Positions 54,638-64,000 of a stretch of 64,000 bases of DNA are shown piece by piece. Origin of the DNA: an uncultured Methanosarcinales archaeon (GTDB lineage: Archaea; Nanobdellota; Nanobdellia; Woesearchaeales; GW2011-AR9); contig CAZCGN010000001.1 in NCBI GenBank assembly GCA_964498285.1, positions 444,681 through 508,680 on the forward strand, given 5' to 3'. Both the position numbers and the translations under genes were made by a program. Within the stretch, counting starts at the first letter, position 1. Each line of letters opens with the position of its first letter. The notes beneath the pieces were generated by a model, which saw only the letters and a program-made list of their open reading frames with translations, had not been told where the DNA came from and did no database searches.

Positions 54638-55150
54638 TTATGACTTAAATATCGTCTTATCCACGCTAAGAAACTTATCGTGAATACTTCTAATTGTATT
54701 TTTTAAACGAGCAAAGTTTCGCTCTTCGTTAAATTCTGATTGATATAATTTACGTGAGATGTTTGATAAATGATTCAAACTCTCATGTGAGGCATCTAAC
54801 TCTCCTAGGATTCTTTTGTACTGCTCAACTTTAAGAAACACAAACTCATCGGCAGGTTCAACATATGTTGGCGCAACAGCTGCTTGTGGTTCTCGCACAA
54901 ACGGGCGGGCAGCTGGCCTTGTTTTCTTAGGTTCTGGTAAATTTGCAAAGGGATCAGTTAAAAACTCATCTTTTGTTGGTTGTTTTGTAGGAGCTCTTAT
55001 AGGATTATCAAATCCTGCCGCTTTCTTAAGATCTTTTGGTGCAACAGGAGGGCCCCCCTTGTTATCAAACGAGAATGCACTCTCATCCAACTTTCGCATA
55101 GGTACAGGCACATCTAGTGCCTTTTTCTTCTTCTTAAAAAACCAACCCAT
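54638..55150 (-). CDS. Pro-rich protein with C-terminal helical hairpin (FVFLKVEQY motif)
   Basis: MGWFFKKKKK start and a disordered Pro-rich middle. The C-terminal domain aligns with 54399-54626. Confidence 0.72.
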   Translation of the reverse strand: MGWFFKKKKKALDVPVPMRKLDESAFSFDNKGGPPVAPKDLKKAAGFDNPIRAPTKQPTKDEFLTDPFANLPEPKKTRPAARPFVREPQAAVAPTYVEPADEFVFLKVEQYKRILGELDASHESLNHLSNISRKLYQSEFNEERNFARLKNTIRSIHDKFLSVDKTIFKS

Positions 55151-55267
55151 CGTGCCCTTTAAAAAGGAAGAACGTCTTTTAAACTTTCTTTAGTACTGTA
55201 GAATGGTTAATCTCTTTTTGATCATAAAACACGTAGGATATAAAAGGTTCAACTACTTTCTTGCAAT

Positions 55268-57235
55268 ATGAGCAAGATACATCTTTGTTATCTTCTTATA
55301 ATTTTAGGACTTCTCGTCAATGTAGCTGAAGCATCAATTATCATAAATGAAATTCAGTATAATCCCACTCAATGTTCTGATGCATATTGTGAATGGATCG
55401 AATTATATAATCCAACAAATCGTACGATAAACCTCACTAATTGGAAACTGTGTTCAAGCACAATTTTGCCTGGATTCATTAATCATTCAACCAGGGAAGT
55501 AAAAAAATCCCACGCATCTCTTCTTCCAGCTTTCTCGTTTGGAGTAATCACTGATGGTGGAAGTGGTACTGATGCGTATTCTTACTTTGATATTGATTCT
55601 AGTTCGTATGCGTTTCATGTTGAAGCAGGTTCTTTGTGCGGTGGGTTAAGTGACAGTCACGATATAGTGCTCCTTGAAATGCCAAATGGTACTCTTGCTC
55701 ACGAAGTTCAATATTCAGATGTCATGGGTGCCGATGGTAATAATTATACATTAGAGAGACGAAATGAGGGTACGTTTGGTCAATCAATTGTAGAGTTTGG
55801 TACTCCAGGTTCTAATAATAGCATTGCTCAACTTTCAGCAGAGTATTCAGTTCTTACAATAACTGAAGTTATGCCTAATCCATTTGGAGCAGACGATTCT
55901 GAAAAACCATTGGGTGAATGGGTTGAGATTTTTAATAGTGGAAAGTCTGCAATCAATCTTGCAGGACTTTTTCTAACCGATGAAAAATTTGAAAACGAGT
56001 TGTTTATATCAGATAGTTCAATCTTTTCTGAAAGTGGTACTATTATTAACGCAAATGATTACAAAGTAATCTTCAAAGCGCAAGATTCAGATTTTTCATT
56101 AAACAACAATGGGTACGAAGAAGTCCATTTGTATACAAGGGAGAGCGATGAAATAACTAAAATGTCGTATTCTGGTTCAACTGAAGGGATGAGTTGGTCC
56201 GAGCTTAACGGTGTTTGGTATACAACAGAACCAACCCCAGGGAGTCAAAACAGTCATGTTGAACAATGTGATTGGGAAATTTTTCTTGAAATGCCAAACA
56301 CTATTTTTACAGGAGACGATTTTGATTTTAAAGTGCACCTTGAGCGTCTTGTCGGCACTGACGCTGAAATAACCGTGCGCGGAAGAATAGAAAATATTAA
56401 TGGTGAGGTTATCAAAACATATTCGCCTTGGACAGATAAGCGTATAACTACAACAAATTCTAAAACATACTCGCCAAACTTACAAGAAGGAACATATCAA
56501 CTTACCTTTGAAATTGAGGATCTCTCATGCAACGATTTTTCTTTTACGAACAACAAGGTCCAAGAACTTATCGCTATTAATCAGCGATATTTAGATGATG
56601 AGTCAACATTGAATATTGAAAACATGTATTTGGGTTCTGATAAGACAGCACGTTGGGGGGATCAGTTTCGTGTACGAGCGAATGTATACAGGGGTGATGC
56701 AAGTAAATATGCTGTTGAACTTTGGGCAGAAAAAGACGGAGAACAGATAAGTAAACGTACTAAAATTAACGTGCACGATCGGTATTCTTACTATGACTTA
56801 ACTATCCCTCTGTTTCTTGATGCGAACTGTGATGATTCATTTTCTGATGGAAAAGCAACTTTGATGTTAGAGGGGCTTGATGTTAAGGCAACAGAACATT
56901 TTGTAATCGAGGGGCATGATACTGCACTTTGTAACCAAAGTTCTGTTCCATTTGAAAAAAATACAATTTTAGTTGAGAATGTGGACCTCTTGGCCTCTCC
57001 TGGTTCTATTTCTTCTAATAAGAAAGATGGTTTAGAAACAAACATCTTAAACAGAACCCAAGAAAAATCTGCGATTCTTGGGCAGGAAAGCTTCTTTGAT
57101 ACTTCAATTTTAGAAAAACGAAAAGGAATTGTAGTGTATGAATCAAGCTCAGTTAAAGCAGCTAAGTTGGTACCTTTCTTCATGATTTTTTGTGTGAGTA
57201 TTCTGATTTTCCTATTTTTCAAAAAAGAGATTTGA
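55268..57235 (+). CDS. Cell-surface protein with two lamin-tail domains and a C-terminal TM anchor
   Basis: Signal peptide; IIINEIQYNP..EWIELYN..TPG..N and ITEVMPNP..EWVEIFN..PTPG..N; Ig-like region; terminal TM followed by KKEI. Confidence 0.85.
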   Translation: MSKIHLCYLLIILGLLVNVAEASIIINEIQYNPTQCSDAYCEWIELYNPTNRTINLTNWKLCSSTILPGFINHSTREVKKSHASLLPAFSFGVITDGGSGTDAYSYFDIDSSSYAFHVEAGSLCGGLSDSHDIVLLEMPNGTLAHEVQYSDVMGADGNNYTLERRNEGTFGQSIVEFGTPGSNNSIAQLSAEYSVLTITEVMPNPFGADDSEKPLGEWVEIFNSGKSAINLAGLFLTDEKFENELFISDSSIFSESGTIINANDYKVIFKAQDSDFSLNNNGYEEVHLYTRESDEITKMSYSGSTEGMSWSELNGVWYTTEPTPGSQNSHVEQCDWEIFLEMPNTIFTGDDFDFKVHLERLVGTDAEITVRGRIENINGEVIKTYSPWTDKRITTTNSKTYSPNLQEGTYQLTFEIEDLSCNDFSFTNNKVQELIAINQRYLDDESTLNIENMYLGSDKTARWGDQFRVRANVYRGDASKYAVELWAEKDGEQISKRTKINVHDRYSYYDLTIPLFLDANCDDSFSDGKATLMLEGLDVKATEHFVIEGHDTALCNQSSVPFEKNTILVENVDLLASPGSISSNKKDGLETNILNRTQEKSAILGQESFFDTSILEKRKGIVVYESSSVKAAKLVPFFMIFCVSILIFLFFKKEI

Positions 57236-57302
57236 CTTTTTTGTCGAACTAGCAAGTTCACCTTCGAAACACTTAAAAACCTCAATACAACAAAGATATT
57301 CC

Positions 57303-57875
57303 ATGGTAAAAATAACTGCTCGCGTAGTCATTGAAGTGTTAGGAAAACCCCTCGAACATGTTGAAAAGGCTCTTAGAGAATACCTTGAGAAGCTTAAGGG
57401 AGACGAGAGGTATACTGTAACAGAAGTGGAAACTGCCGAGATTAAAAAACAAGAGGACGAGGAGCTTTGGATGAATTTTGCTGAAGTAGAATTTATAACT
57501 GAGAAAATGGAAAATCTTACCTCCTTTTGCTTTGATTATATGCCTTCAATTATTGAGATTGTAAAGCCTCAAGATATTGCGCTCAATAATTCTGACCTTA
57601 CTCACTTTTTGAACGATTTACAGGCAAAATTGCATCAAGTAGACATGGTTGCAAAGAAACTAAACATGCGCAACAAGCATTTGCAACAGAACTCTGCAGG
57701 GCTGCTCAAAAACTATATCCAAATCCTTTTAAGTAAGAAAGGTTTAACTTTAAATCACCTCTCAAAACTAACTGGTGTTGATACCCAAACATTGGGGGAC
57801 TATTTAGATAAATTAATTGATGGAAAAAAGGTAGATCTAACTGGAGATGTGTACTCTCTTGTTGATAACAAGTAG
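57303..57875 (+). CDS. Conserved archaeal hypothetical protein with C-terminal winged HTH
   Basis: IEVLGKP.EHV..FAEVE..DYMPS.IEI pattern, a coiled coil and L..LSKLTGV...L..YL..L. It lies 8 nt upstream of scpB. Confidence 0.75.
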   Translation: MVKITARVVIEVLGKPLEHVEKALREYLEKLKGDERYTVTEVETAEIKKQEDEELWMNFAEVEFITEKMENLTSFCFDYMPSIIEIVKPQDIALNNSDLTHFLNDLQAKLHQVDMVAKKLNMRNKHLQQNSAGLLKNYIQILLSKKGLTLNHLSKLTGVDTQTLGDYLDKLIDGKKVDLTGDVYSLVDNK

Positions 57876-57883
57876 GTGTAAAG

Positions 57884-58501
57884 ATGGATAATCAAAAACG
57901 TGTTGAAGCTGTGCTTTTTGCAGTAGGGAAGGGTATAACCTCCGAGAGAATCGCATCTTTATGTTCACTTGAGCAAGCCGAAGTTGAAAAACATCTTGCA
58001 ACGCTTCAAAAAGACTATGCCTCACGTGAACATTCTTTACATATTACTCAAATTGAAAATACCTGGAAACTTACTGTTCGAGATGAATTCATTCCTCTTG
58101 TAAGCTCAATTGTTCAAACATCAGACATGGAAGGAGCTGTGATGCAAACACTTGCAGTGATTGCGTGGAGGTATCCAGTGGTCCAGTCTGAGATTGTTAA
58201 ATTGCGCGGGCCAAGCGCGTATGAGCATATGCGCGAACTTATTGAGCAAGGATTTGTTGCCAAAGAGAGGTTTGGTAGAACATATAAAGTAAAACTTACA
58301 AAAAAATTCTTTGAGTTCTTTGATTTGCCTTCGCAAAAAGCAAAAGAAGCATTCTTAGCGCAAGTTCCGGCAGAGATTCTTACTGAAGCTGAGAACGTTA
58401 ATAAGGAAGTTGACGAGGTTGAGCGTTTAGTTCAAGAACAAGAAAAACAAACCGCCGCAGTTTCCGAAATTTCTAAAGCAATGAATGATGTGAAGAAGTG
58501 A
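57884..58501 (+). CDS. scpB: Segregation and condensation protein B
   Basis: VEAVLFA, TLAVIAWRYPVVQSEIVKLRG..AYEH..EL...GF and TKKFFEFF. Confidence 0.92.
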   Translation: MDNQKRVEAVLFAVGKGITSERIASLCSLEQAEVEKHLATLQKDYASREHSLHITQIENTWKLTVRDEFIPLVSSIVQTSDMEGAVMQTLAVIAWRYPVVQSEIVKLRGPSAYEHMRELIEQGFVAKERFGRTYKVKLTKKFFEFFDLPSQKAKEAFLAQVPAEILTEAENVNKEVDEVERLVQEQEKQTAAVSEISKAMNDVKK

Positions 58502-58520
58502 GGCTCGCTTAGGTTGATTA

Positions 58521-59357
58521 TCATGTAATTATTGCTTTGATTTGATCTGTTGAAAGAGTTCCTTCTCTAAGGCCTTTTATTATTCTAACACTCTCTTTTA
58601 GTCTTTCTTCTCCTCCATTGATCAAACCTAGAACGAGTGGATGCGTTGATTTTAGTCCACCTCGCCGTTGAATGATATCAGAAATTCTGAATTGTATTGC
58701 ATTCTCGAAAGAACCTTTTGAGTCCGGCAGCCATTCTATAGTACATAACGCGTCAACCGCTGTCAAAATTTTAAGTGATAAATTATCTGGTTTTGGGTTC
58801 ATACCCAAGAACTTTGATCGCCTTTTTTCTAGTGCAAGAATTTGTGGAGCAACAAAATGCAATGCCATTGCTTCTGCAAATTCTTTGTTATCAAGGTGGA
58901 TTAACTGGAAGTATGTGAGTATCTCATGGACTGGATTTGAATCGAGTTTATTTGGGTTGTTTTTTCCATTTCCCCCAACTAAATATATTGAATCTTCCAG
59001 AAGGCCCGCTAATTCCATTTGGGCGCGATTTAAGATATGTTCAGCAAGGGAAGGATAGTTTTTGAGGGCCAAGTCAACTGTTTCTGCAACTTTCTTGGCG
59101 ACCAGCTTGCAATGAGCGCTATATGTTTCACCAACGTTGCCAATCTTCTTAGCTTCAAGAACTACAGAGTCAAATAGTTTGTATGCACTTGCCATATCTG
59201 GATTTACTTCTTTTGTCATCTCCCACAACTCTTTGATTTCTAAATCTAATCTTTGACTTGAGTGTATATATGGAAGAACTTCTCGATGGTAGAGGGCTTG
59301 GCTTGTCACGGCTCTTTTTAGCAGACACTGCTTATAATACTTCTCATTTTTTACCAA
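58521..59357 (-). CDS. Degenerate HD-fold protein (start uncertain)
   Basis: H(SAHC)...AGLLED (in place of LLHD)...HE...LH...AVD spacing of small HD domains. Confidence 0.55.
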   Translation of the reverse strand: MVKNEKYYKQCLLKRAVTSQALYHREVLPYIHSSQRLDLEIKELWEMTKEVNPDMASAYKLFDSVVLEAKKIGNVGETYSAHCKLVAKKVAETVDLALKNYPSLAEHILNRAQMELAGLLEDSIYLVGGNGKNNPNKLDSNPVHEILTYFQLIHLDNKEFAEAMALHFVAPQILALEKRRSKFLGMNPKPDNLSLKILTAVDALCTIEWLPDSKGSFENAIQFRISDIIQRRGGLKSTHPLVLGLINGGEERLKESVRIIKGLREGTLSTDQIKAIIT

Positions 59358-59494
59358 CCACTGCCTAGTTTTTCATATCGTGTCGCTCAATCACCACAAG
59401 CTTTATAAAGCGTCCTTCGCTTCAGAATTCTATAATTTATCGACGAGAAAAGGTGATTTTAAAATCTTATTTTAACGATTTGAACTAGAAGAAA

Positions 59495-62083
59495 ATGGAT
59501 GAAGCTCAAGACCAAACGATTGCTCAAGAAGAGTCCAGAATTATCACAAAACCGATTCAGGATGAGATGAAGCAAGCATACATAAATTATGCTATGGCTG
59601 TGATTGTAGGGCGCGCATTGCCTTGCGCAAAAGATGGTCTTAAACCAGTACACCGGCGTATCCTGTATGCAATGTACGATATGGGGATGCTTCATAATAA
59701 GCCCTTCAAAAAGTGTGCAAGAATTGTCGGAGAAGTTCTTGGAAAGTATCATCCACATGGGGATACTGCAGTATATGATTCTCTAGTTCGTATGGCGCAA
59801 GAGTTCTCACTCAGGTACCCACTCATATTTGGCCAGGGAAATTTCGGATCTATTGATGGTGATAATGCAGCAGCAATGAGGTATACTGAGGCGAAATTAA
59901 CAAAGCTTGCTGAAGAGTTGCTTAAAGATATTGAAAAAGAGACGGTTGATTTTAAGGATAATTTTGATGCGTCTTTAAAAGAGCCAACACTTCTCCCCTC
60001 AAAATTTCCAAACCTTTTACTCAACGGAAGTTCTGGGATTGCAGTTGGAATGGCAACAAACATCCCACCGCATAACATGGAGGAAGTCTGTTCTGCAATT
60101 GTTGAAATGATTAAAAACCCTGAAATTGGCGTGCAAGAGCTAATGGCAATTGTGCCTGGTCCAGATTTTCCAACAGGTGGCGAAGTATATGTGGGGGAGG
60201 AACTTCTTGCAGGATACACTCGTGGGCGCGGGCGGGTTGTGATAAAGTCAGTAGTAGATATTGAAGATAAAAAATTAATTGTACGCGAAATTCCGTATCA
60301 AGTAAACAAATCTGATTTAATCATCCAGATCGCAAACCTCGTTAAAGAAAAGCGAGTTGTAGGAATCCGTAATATTAATGATGAGTCTGATCGTGAAGGA
60401 ATCCGAATAGTTATTGACCTTAAAGGCGATGCTGATGCGCAAGTTGTTTTAAACCAGCTCTATTCATTCTCCCGTCTTCGAACATCATTTAGTTTAAACA
60501 TGCTTGCATTAGTAAACAATGAACCAAAACTTCTTGGTCTTAAAGAATTATTAGAGCAGCACATTATTCACAGAAAAAATGTCATTATCAAGAGGACCTC
60601 ATATGATTTACGTAAGGCAGAAGAAAGACTGCATATTCTTGAAGGATTACTGGTGGCTCTTAATAATTTGGATGATGTGATTCCCGCAATTAGAAAGAGT
60701 GCAACAGCTGAGGATGCGCGAAATCATCTTATGGCAACATATTCTTTAACCGAACCTCAAGCAAAAGCAATTTTAGATTTAAAGTTACAAAAACTCGCAT
60801 CGTTAGAGCAGGAAAAACTACGAACGGAGCATAAAAATCTAACAGACCTTGCAACAAGTCTTCGCGAGATCTTATCCTCAGAAGAGAAAGTTCATGAAAT
60901 TATTATTGAAGAGACTCAAACAATCTCCGAAAAGTTTGGCGATGCTAGAAGAAGCAAAATTTTGCAAGGCGAGAGTGGCAATATTGATATGGAAGATTTA
61001 ATTGAAGAAACCAAACAAGTTGTCACCCTTACAAACGCAGGATACCTTAAACGTCTTCCACTTGATACTTATCGAACACAACATCGCGGTGGAAGGGGCG
61101 TTTCTGCAACAGGTATGAAAGAAGAAGATTTCATCAAAGATGTGTATGTAGCATCAACACATTCTCATTTACTGTGTATAACAGATCTTGGTCAGCTGTA
61201 CTGGCTTAAAGTCTATCGTATTCCTGAAGGGAGCAGACAAGCGCGCGGCAAACACATTGCAAACATAGTTGAGCTGCGTGAAGGTGAGCACATTACAGCA
61301 ATTGTTCCTGTACGAAACTTTGAACAAGGATTTTTGTTCATGGCAACTCGCAATGGAACTGTTAAGAAGACTCAAATGTCACAATTCTCAAAACCGCGAA
61401 AGGGAGGAATAAGAGCAATTGATCTTAGTGAAAATGATTCTTTAGTTGGCGTTCGATACACTCCTGGCGATCAAGAGATCATTCTTGCAACAAAGAGAGG
61501 CCAAGCAAACAGATTTAGAGAATCAGACGTGCGGGCAATGGGAAGGTCCGCGCGAGGCGTGCGGGGAATTCGTCTGAGTGAAGGAGATAGTGTTATCGGT
61601 CTTCTTGCAGCAGACAATTCTAAACAGATTCTCACAATTACGACAAAAGGGTATGGGAAACGAACCGATATTAGTGAGTATAGGTTGTGTAACCGTGGAG
61701 GAAAAGGTGTTACGAATGTCAAGATAACTGATAAAAATGGCGATGCGGCGCAAGTAATGGTTGTAGATGGAACTGAAGATCTAATGCTTGTTTCACACAA
61801 TGGGATTGCAATTCGTATGAGAACTGGGGCGGTATCACATATAGGAAGATCAACACAAGGTGTTCGTGTCATGAGGTTATCTCAAAGTGATGTTGTTGTT
61901 GCAGCAGCAAAGATTGCAAGTGAAGATGTCTCAAAAGCAACAGAAGAAAACGAGGAAGAAGCACAGGTAAATGTAGTGGATCAAGAGGTAGAATCTTCAG
62001 CAGAAGTGTTAGGTAACGTAGAAGAAGCAGATGAGAACACAGAAGGTAAAGAACCTGATGGATCTAACGAAATCAATGAGTAA
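59495..62083 (+). CDS. gyrA: DNA gyrase subunit A
   Basis: [22 protein letters not shown] (catalytic Tyr), GyrA-box QHRGGRG, pinwheel repeats and an acidic tail. Confidence 0.98.
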   Translation: MDEAQDQTIAQEESRIITKPIQDEMKQAYINYAMAVIVGRALPCAKDGLKPVHRRILYAMYDMGMLHNKPFKKCARIVGEVLGKYHPHGDTAVYDSLVRMAQEFSLRYPLIFGQGNFGSIDGDNAAAMRYTEAKLTKLAEELLKDIEKETVDFKDNFDASLKEPTLLPSKFPNLLLNGSSGIAVGMATNIPPHNMEEVCSAIVEMIKNPEIGVQELMAIVPGPDFPTGGEVYVGEELLAGYTRGRGRVVIKSVVDIEDKKLIVREIPYQVNKSDLIIQIANLVKEKRVVGIRNINDESDREGIRIVIDLKGDADAQVVLNQLYSFSRLRTSFSLNMLALVNNEPKLLGLKELLEQHIIHRKNVIIKRTSYDLRKAEERLHILEGLLVALNNLDDVIPAIRKSATAEDARNHLMATYSLTEPQAKAILDLKLQKLASLEQEKLRTEHKNLTDLATSLREILSSEEKVHEIIIEETQTISEKFGDARRSKILQGESGNIDMEDLIEETKQVVTLTNAGYLKRLPLDTYRTQHRGGRGVSATGMKEEDFIKDVYVASTHSHLLCITDLGQLYWLKVYRIPEGSRQARGKHIANIVELREGEHITAIVPVRNFEQGFLFMATRNGTVKKTQMSQFSKPRKGGIRAIDLSENDSLVGVRYTPGDQEIILATKRGQANRFRESDVRAMGRSARGVRGIRLSEGDSVIGLLAADNSKQILTITTKGYGKRTDISEYRLCNRGGKGVTNVKITDKNGDAAQVMVVDGTEDLMLVSHNGIAIRMRTGAVSHIGRSTQGVRVMRLSQSDVVVAAAKIASEDVSKATEENEEEAQVNVVDQEVESSAEVLGNVEEADENTEGKEPDGSNEINE

Positions 62084-63173
62084 TACAACACATTCTTTTT
62101 TTAGCGTATGTAATCCTGGACTTGCTAAGCTCTCTTTACAAGAAGCTACAGAAATAAGCAATACAAAAGCTCAATTAGTGCGTGAAGCAGCGATTTTTTC
62201 AGTTGATATCTCTTGCGCAGTAGAGTTATTTAGAAAAAATCAATCGTTCACGTATCTTTCGCTATTATTATGCAAGTGTTCAAAGGTTGAAGAATTTTCC
62301 TTACGTAAAGAGCTTGTGAGCAAAAATTTGTTTGGTGCAGCCGCGACATTCAGTGTTGAAGTAAAAGGCGTTAAAGGCCAGGAAAACAGGATTGAAGTTG
62401 CAAAGAGGTTTTACCAAGCGTTTTCTGATGAAGTGACTTCTGGTAACATTCCCCAGCTCGAACTTGATCATAAAAAGCCAGATGTTCAATTTTTAATTTA
62501 TGATACTCAAGAAGGTTATCTCGTTGGATTACAATTGAATAGAGAAGATTTCAGTTCACGAAAGTTCCGCGTATTCGCGCATCAAGCATCATTCAAGGGT
62601 GATTTTGCATACAACATTGTTCGAGAATCGGGTGTAACACCAGATGATTCGCTTCTTGTGATGTTTGCACGTGACGGAGCTATTGCAATTGAAGCAGCAT
62701 TGTTTCTCAACAAGCTTCCTGTACGAAAGGTGAGCAGGAAGGATTTTATTTCTTCAATCCCACTCTTTAAAGGTGTCTTAGGAAAAGAGTATGGGCCATT
62801 GGATCAAACCCGAAGGGTAACTTCTTTTGATTCTCGTTTAGGCAACATTAGGGCTCATAGAAATAATGCTAAAATTGCAGGAGCTTTAGAGTATCTTAAT
62901 ACAAGTAAATGCGCAGTAGATGATGTTGATACAAGATTTGAGAAAGAAATGTTTAGTAAGGCTATTGTCCATTTGACAAGGCGTGATGAGCACGAACTGA
63001 ATGATGTATATTACCAGTTAAAATATGTTCTACAAAAAGGAGGAAAAGTCCTTTTTGTTACGCGCCTAGGATTTGAGATGGTGGTCCCAGAATCTTTTAG
63101 TAAAATATTTCAGAAAACTGTTATGCGTGGGAAATCTGAGTATGGTTTTATTCTTTTAGAAAAGAAAAATTAA
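62076..63173 (+). CDS. THUMP + Rossmann methyltransferase-like protein (Trm14/RlmL family), catalytic motifs degenerate
   Basis: NPGL N-terminus, THUMP (D...PD), R.FR...H.AS and G.IAIEAA. The DPxCGSG and NPPY motifs are absent. ATG 62076 overlaps the gyrA end. Confidence 0.7.
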   Translation: MSNTTHSFFSVCNPGLAKLSLQEATEISNTKAQLVREAAIFSVDISCAVELFRKNQSFTYLSLLLCKCSKVEEFSLRKELVSKNLFGAAATFSVEVKGVKGQENRIEVAKRFYQAFSDEVTSGNIPQLELDHKKPDVQFLIYDTQEGYLVGLQLNREDFSSRKFRVFAHQASFKGDFAYNIVRESGVTPDDSLLVMFARDGAIAIEAALFLNKLPVRKVSRKDFISSIPLFKGVLGKEYGPLDQTRRVTSFDSRLGNIRAHRNNAKIAGALEYLNTSKCAVDDVDTRFEKEMFSKAIVHLTRRDEHELNDVYYQLKYVLQKGGKVLFVTRLGFEMVVPESFSKIFQKTVMRGKSEYGFILLEKKN

Positions 63174-63589
63174 TTGATAACTTTTCCAATTATGTAACAA
63201 TCTTCGCCGAAACCGTGTTTTTTCAGAAGGTAACATTCTTCAAATCCCATCTTTTCGTAAAAACCTTTTGCCTTATACCTTTTAAGACTCCAACACCATA
63301 GTTTTGGAACCTTCTCTTTTTTGCATTTTTGCAACGCAAATTTAACCAGGGCAGTTCCCCCTCCTTTCATCGAAGATGCAATAGTAATAATCTCGTAGCA
63401 AAATTCTTCAAGTTTCAAAAGCATTGCAGCAACAACTTTTCCGTTATTTGTAGCTACAAAACCTTCGCCTTTTTCAACATAAGCCCGAACTCTTTTAGAA
63501 TCAGATGGAGAATATTTCTCAAAATCTAGGACTGTAAAAAGTCTTGAGATTTCCATACAATCTTCTTTCTTGGCTGGCCTAACTTTCAT
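63170..63589 (-). CDS. GNAT acetyltransferase
   Basis: VRPA...D, KGGGTALV and AKGFYEKMGF. Confidence 0.85.
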   Translation of the reverse strand: MKVRPAKKEDCMEISRLFTVLDFEKYSPSDSKRVRAYVEKGEGFVATNNGKVVAAMLLKLEEFCYEIITIASSMKGGGTALVKFALQKCKKEKVPKLWCWSLKRYKAKGFYEKMGFEECYLLKKHGFGEDCYIIGKVIN

Positions 63590-63679
63590 GAAAAATGAAT
63601 ACGTCCTTTCATTAATTTAAATGTTTGCTCATAAGATCCCAAGTAACATTTAAATAGCTTCTTTACGTCTTTGTGTTTT

Positions 63680-64000
63680 ATGATTACAGCATTTGAAAAG
63701 ATAGCACGCATCAAGGAATATTACAAGTTTTCAAAAGAAGAGCTAACGTCATTTGTATTAATTACGTTTGCAGTAGGATTTATCTTTTCAATTCAGTTCC
63801 CCGGCGAAACATTTACCTTAGTGCGTTGGTTCTACTTTTTTATTTTGGCGAGCTTTGTGAGTGCAATTTCAATTTTTGCAAGAGTATCTGCTCAAAAGAT
63901 CCAAGGAGTCTGGAGGGGATACTTTATACAGTTCAAACCGTGGTGGCCAGGGGTTGTCGGAGGACTAGTAATAGCATTCATCTCACAAGGATATGTTACA
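63680..64000 (+). CDS. Membrane protein, M50/S2P-like homologue lacking HExxH; 3'-truncated, missing from the ORF track
   Basis: My translation MITAFEKIARIKEYYKFSKEELTSFVLITFAVGFIFS...SIFARVSAQKIQGVWRGYFIQFKPWWPG... is open to the window end. There is a TATA TTTAAATA upstream. Confidence 0.6.
   Translation, partial: MITAFEKIARIKEYYKFSKEELTSFVLITFAVGFIFSIQFPGETFTLVRWFYFFILASFVSAISIFARVSAQKIQGVWRGYFIQFKPWWPGVVGGLVIAFISQGYVT

Noticed and set aside
1..64000. rRNA, transposases, stop-codon reassignment, selenoproteins
   Set aside because: None was recognised. Conserved genes end at the expected positions with TAA, TAG or TGA.

Overview
This is a compact, gene-dense archaeal chromosome segment. 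The marker set (PolD DP1/DP2, Cdc6/Orc1, MCM, PCNA, TBP, TFE, aIF2-beta, Rpo12, L37ae, bacterial-type GyrA, conserved small hypothetical proteins, and TATA boxes about 23-26 nt before many ATGs) best fits a DPANN archaeon, probably Woesearchaeota-like; the taxonomy is inference. It contains a clear replication origin (inverted ORB boxes around an AT-rich unwinding element, about 11.95-12.72 kb) directly upstream of cdc6-DP1-(CYTH/Nudix)-DP2. It also has a SAMP-NcsA/TtuA-UbaA sulfur-relay operon, tRNA-Pro(TGG), an intron-containing tRNA-Leu(CAA) and many housekeeping genes. Several Lys-poor, Arg/Gly/Asp-rich divergent genes are interspersed. One group is a histidine kinase with two paralogous non-canonical receiver proteins (1-4.3 kb). 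Another is a DUF932-like gene. The best candidate for an undescribed system is a four-gene operon of rewired purine-pathway homologues (PurB, an internally duplicated PurM, PurN, PurC) converging on a SAMHD1-like HD hydrolase (43.8-50.5 kb). Other oddities are an AsnB-Dph6 fusion, a three-gene coiled-coil cassette, a TFE with a very long basic tail and several apparent pseudo-enzymes. No CRISPR array, rRNA, transposase, integrase or intein was seen. All calls come from reading motifs by eye, with no database searches.
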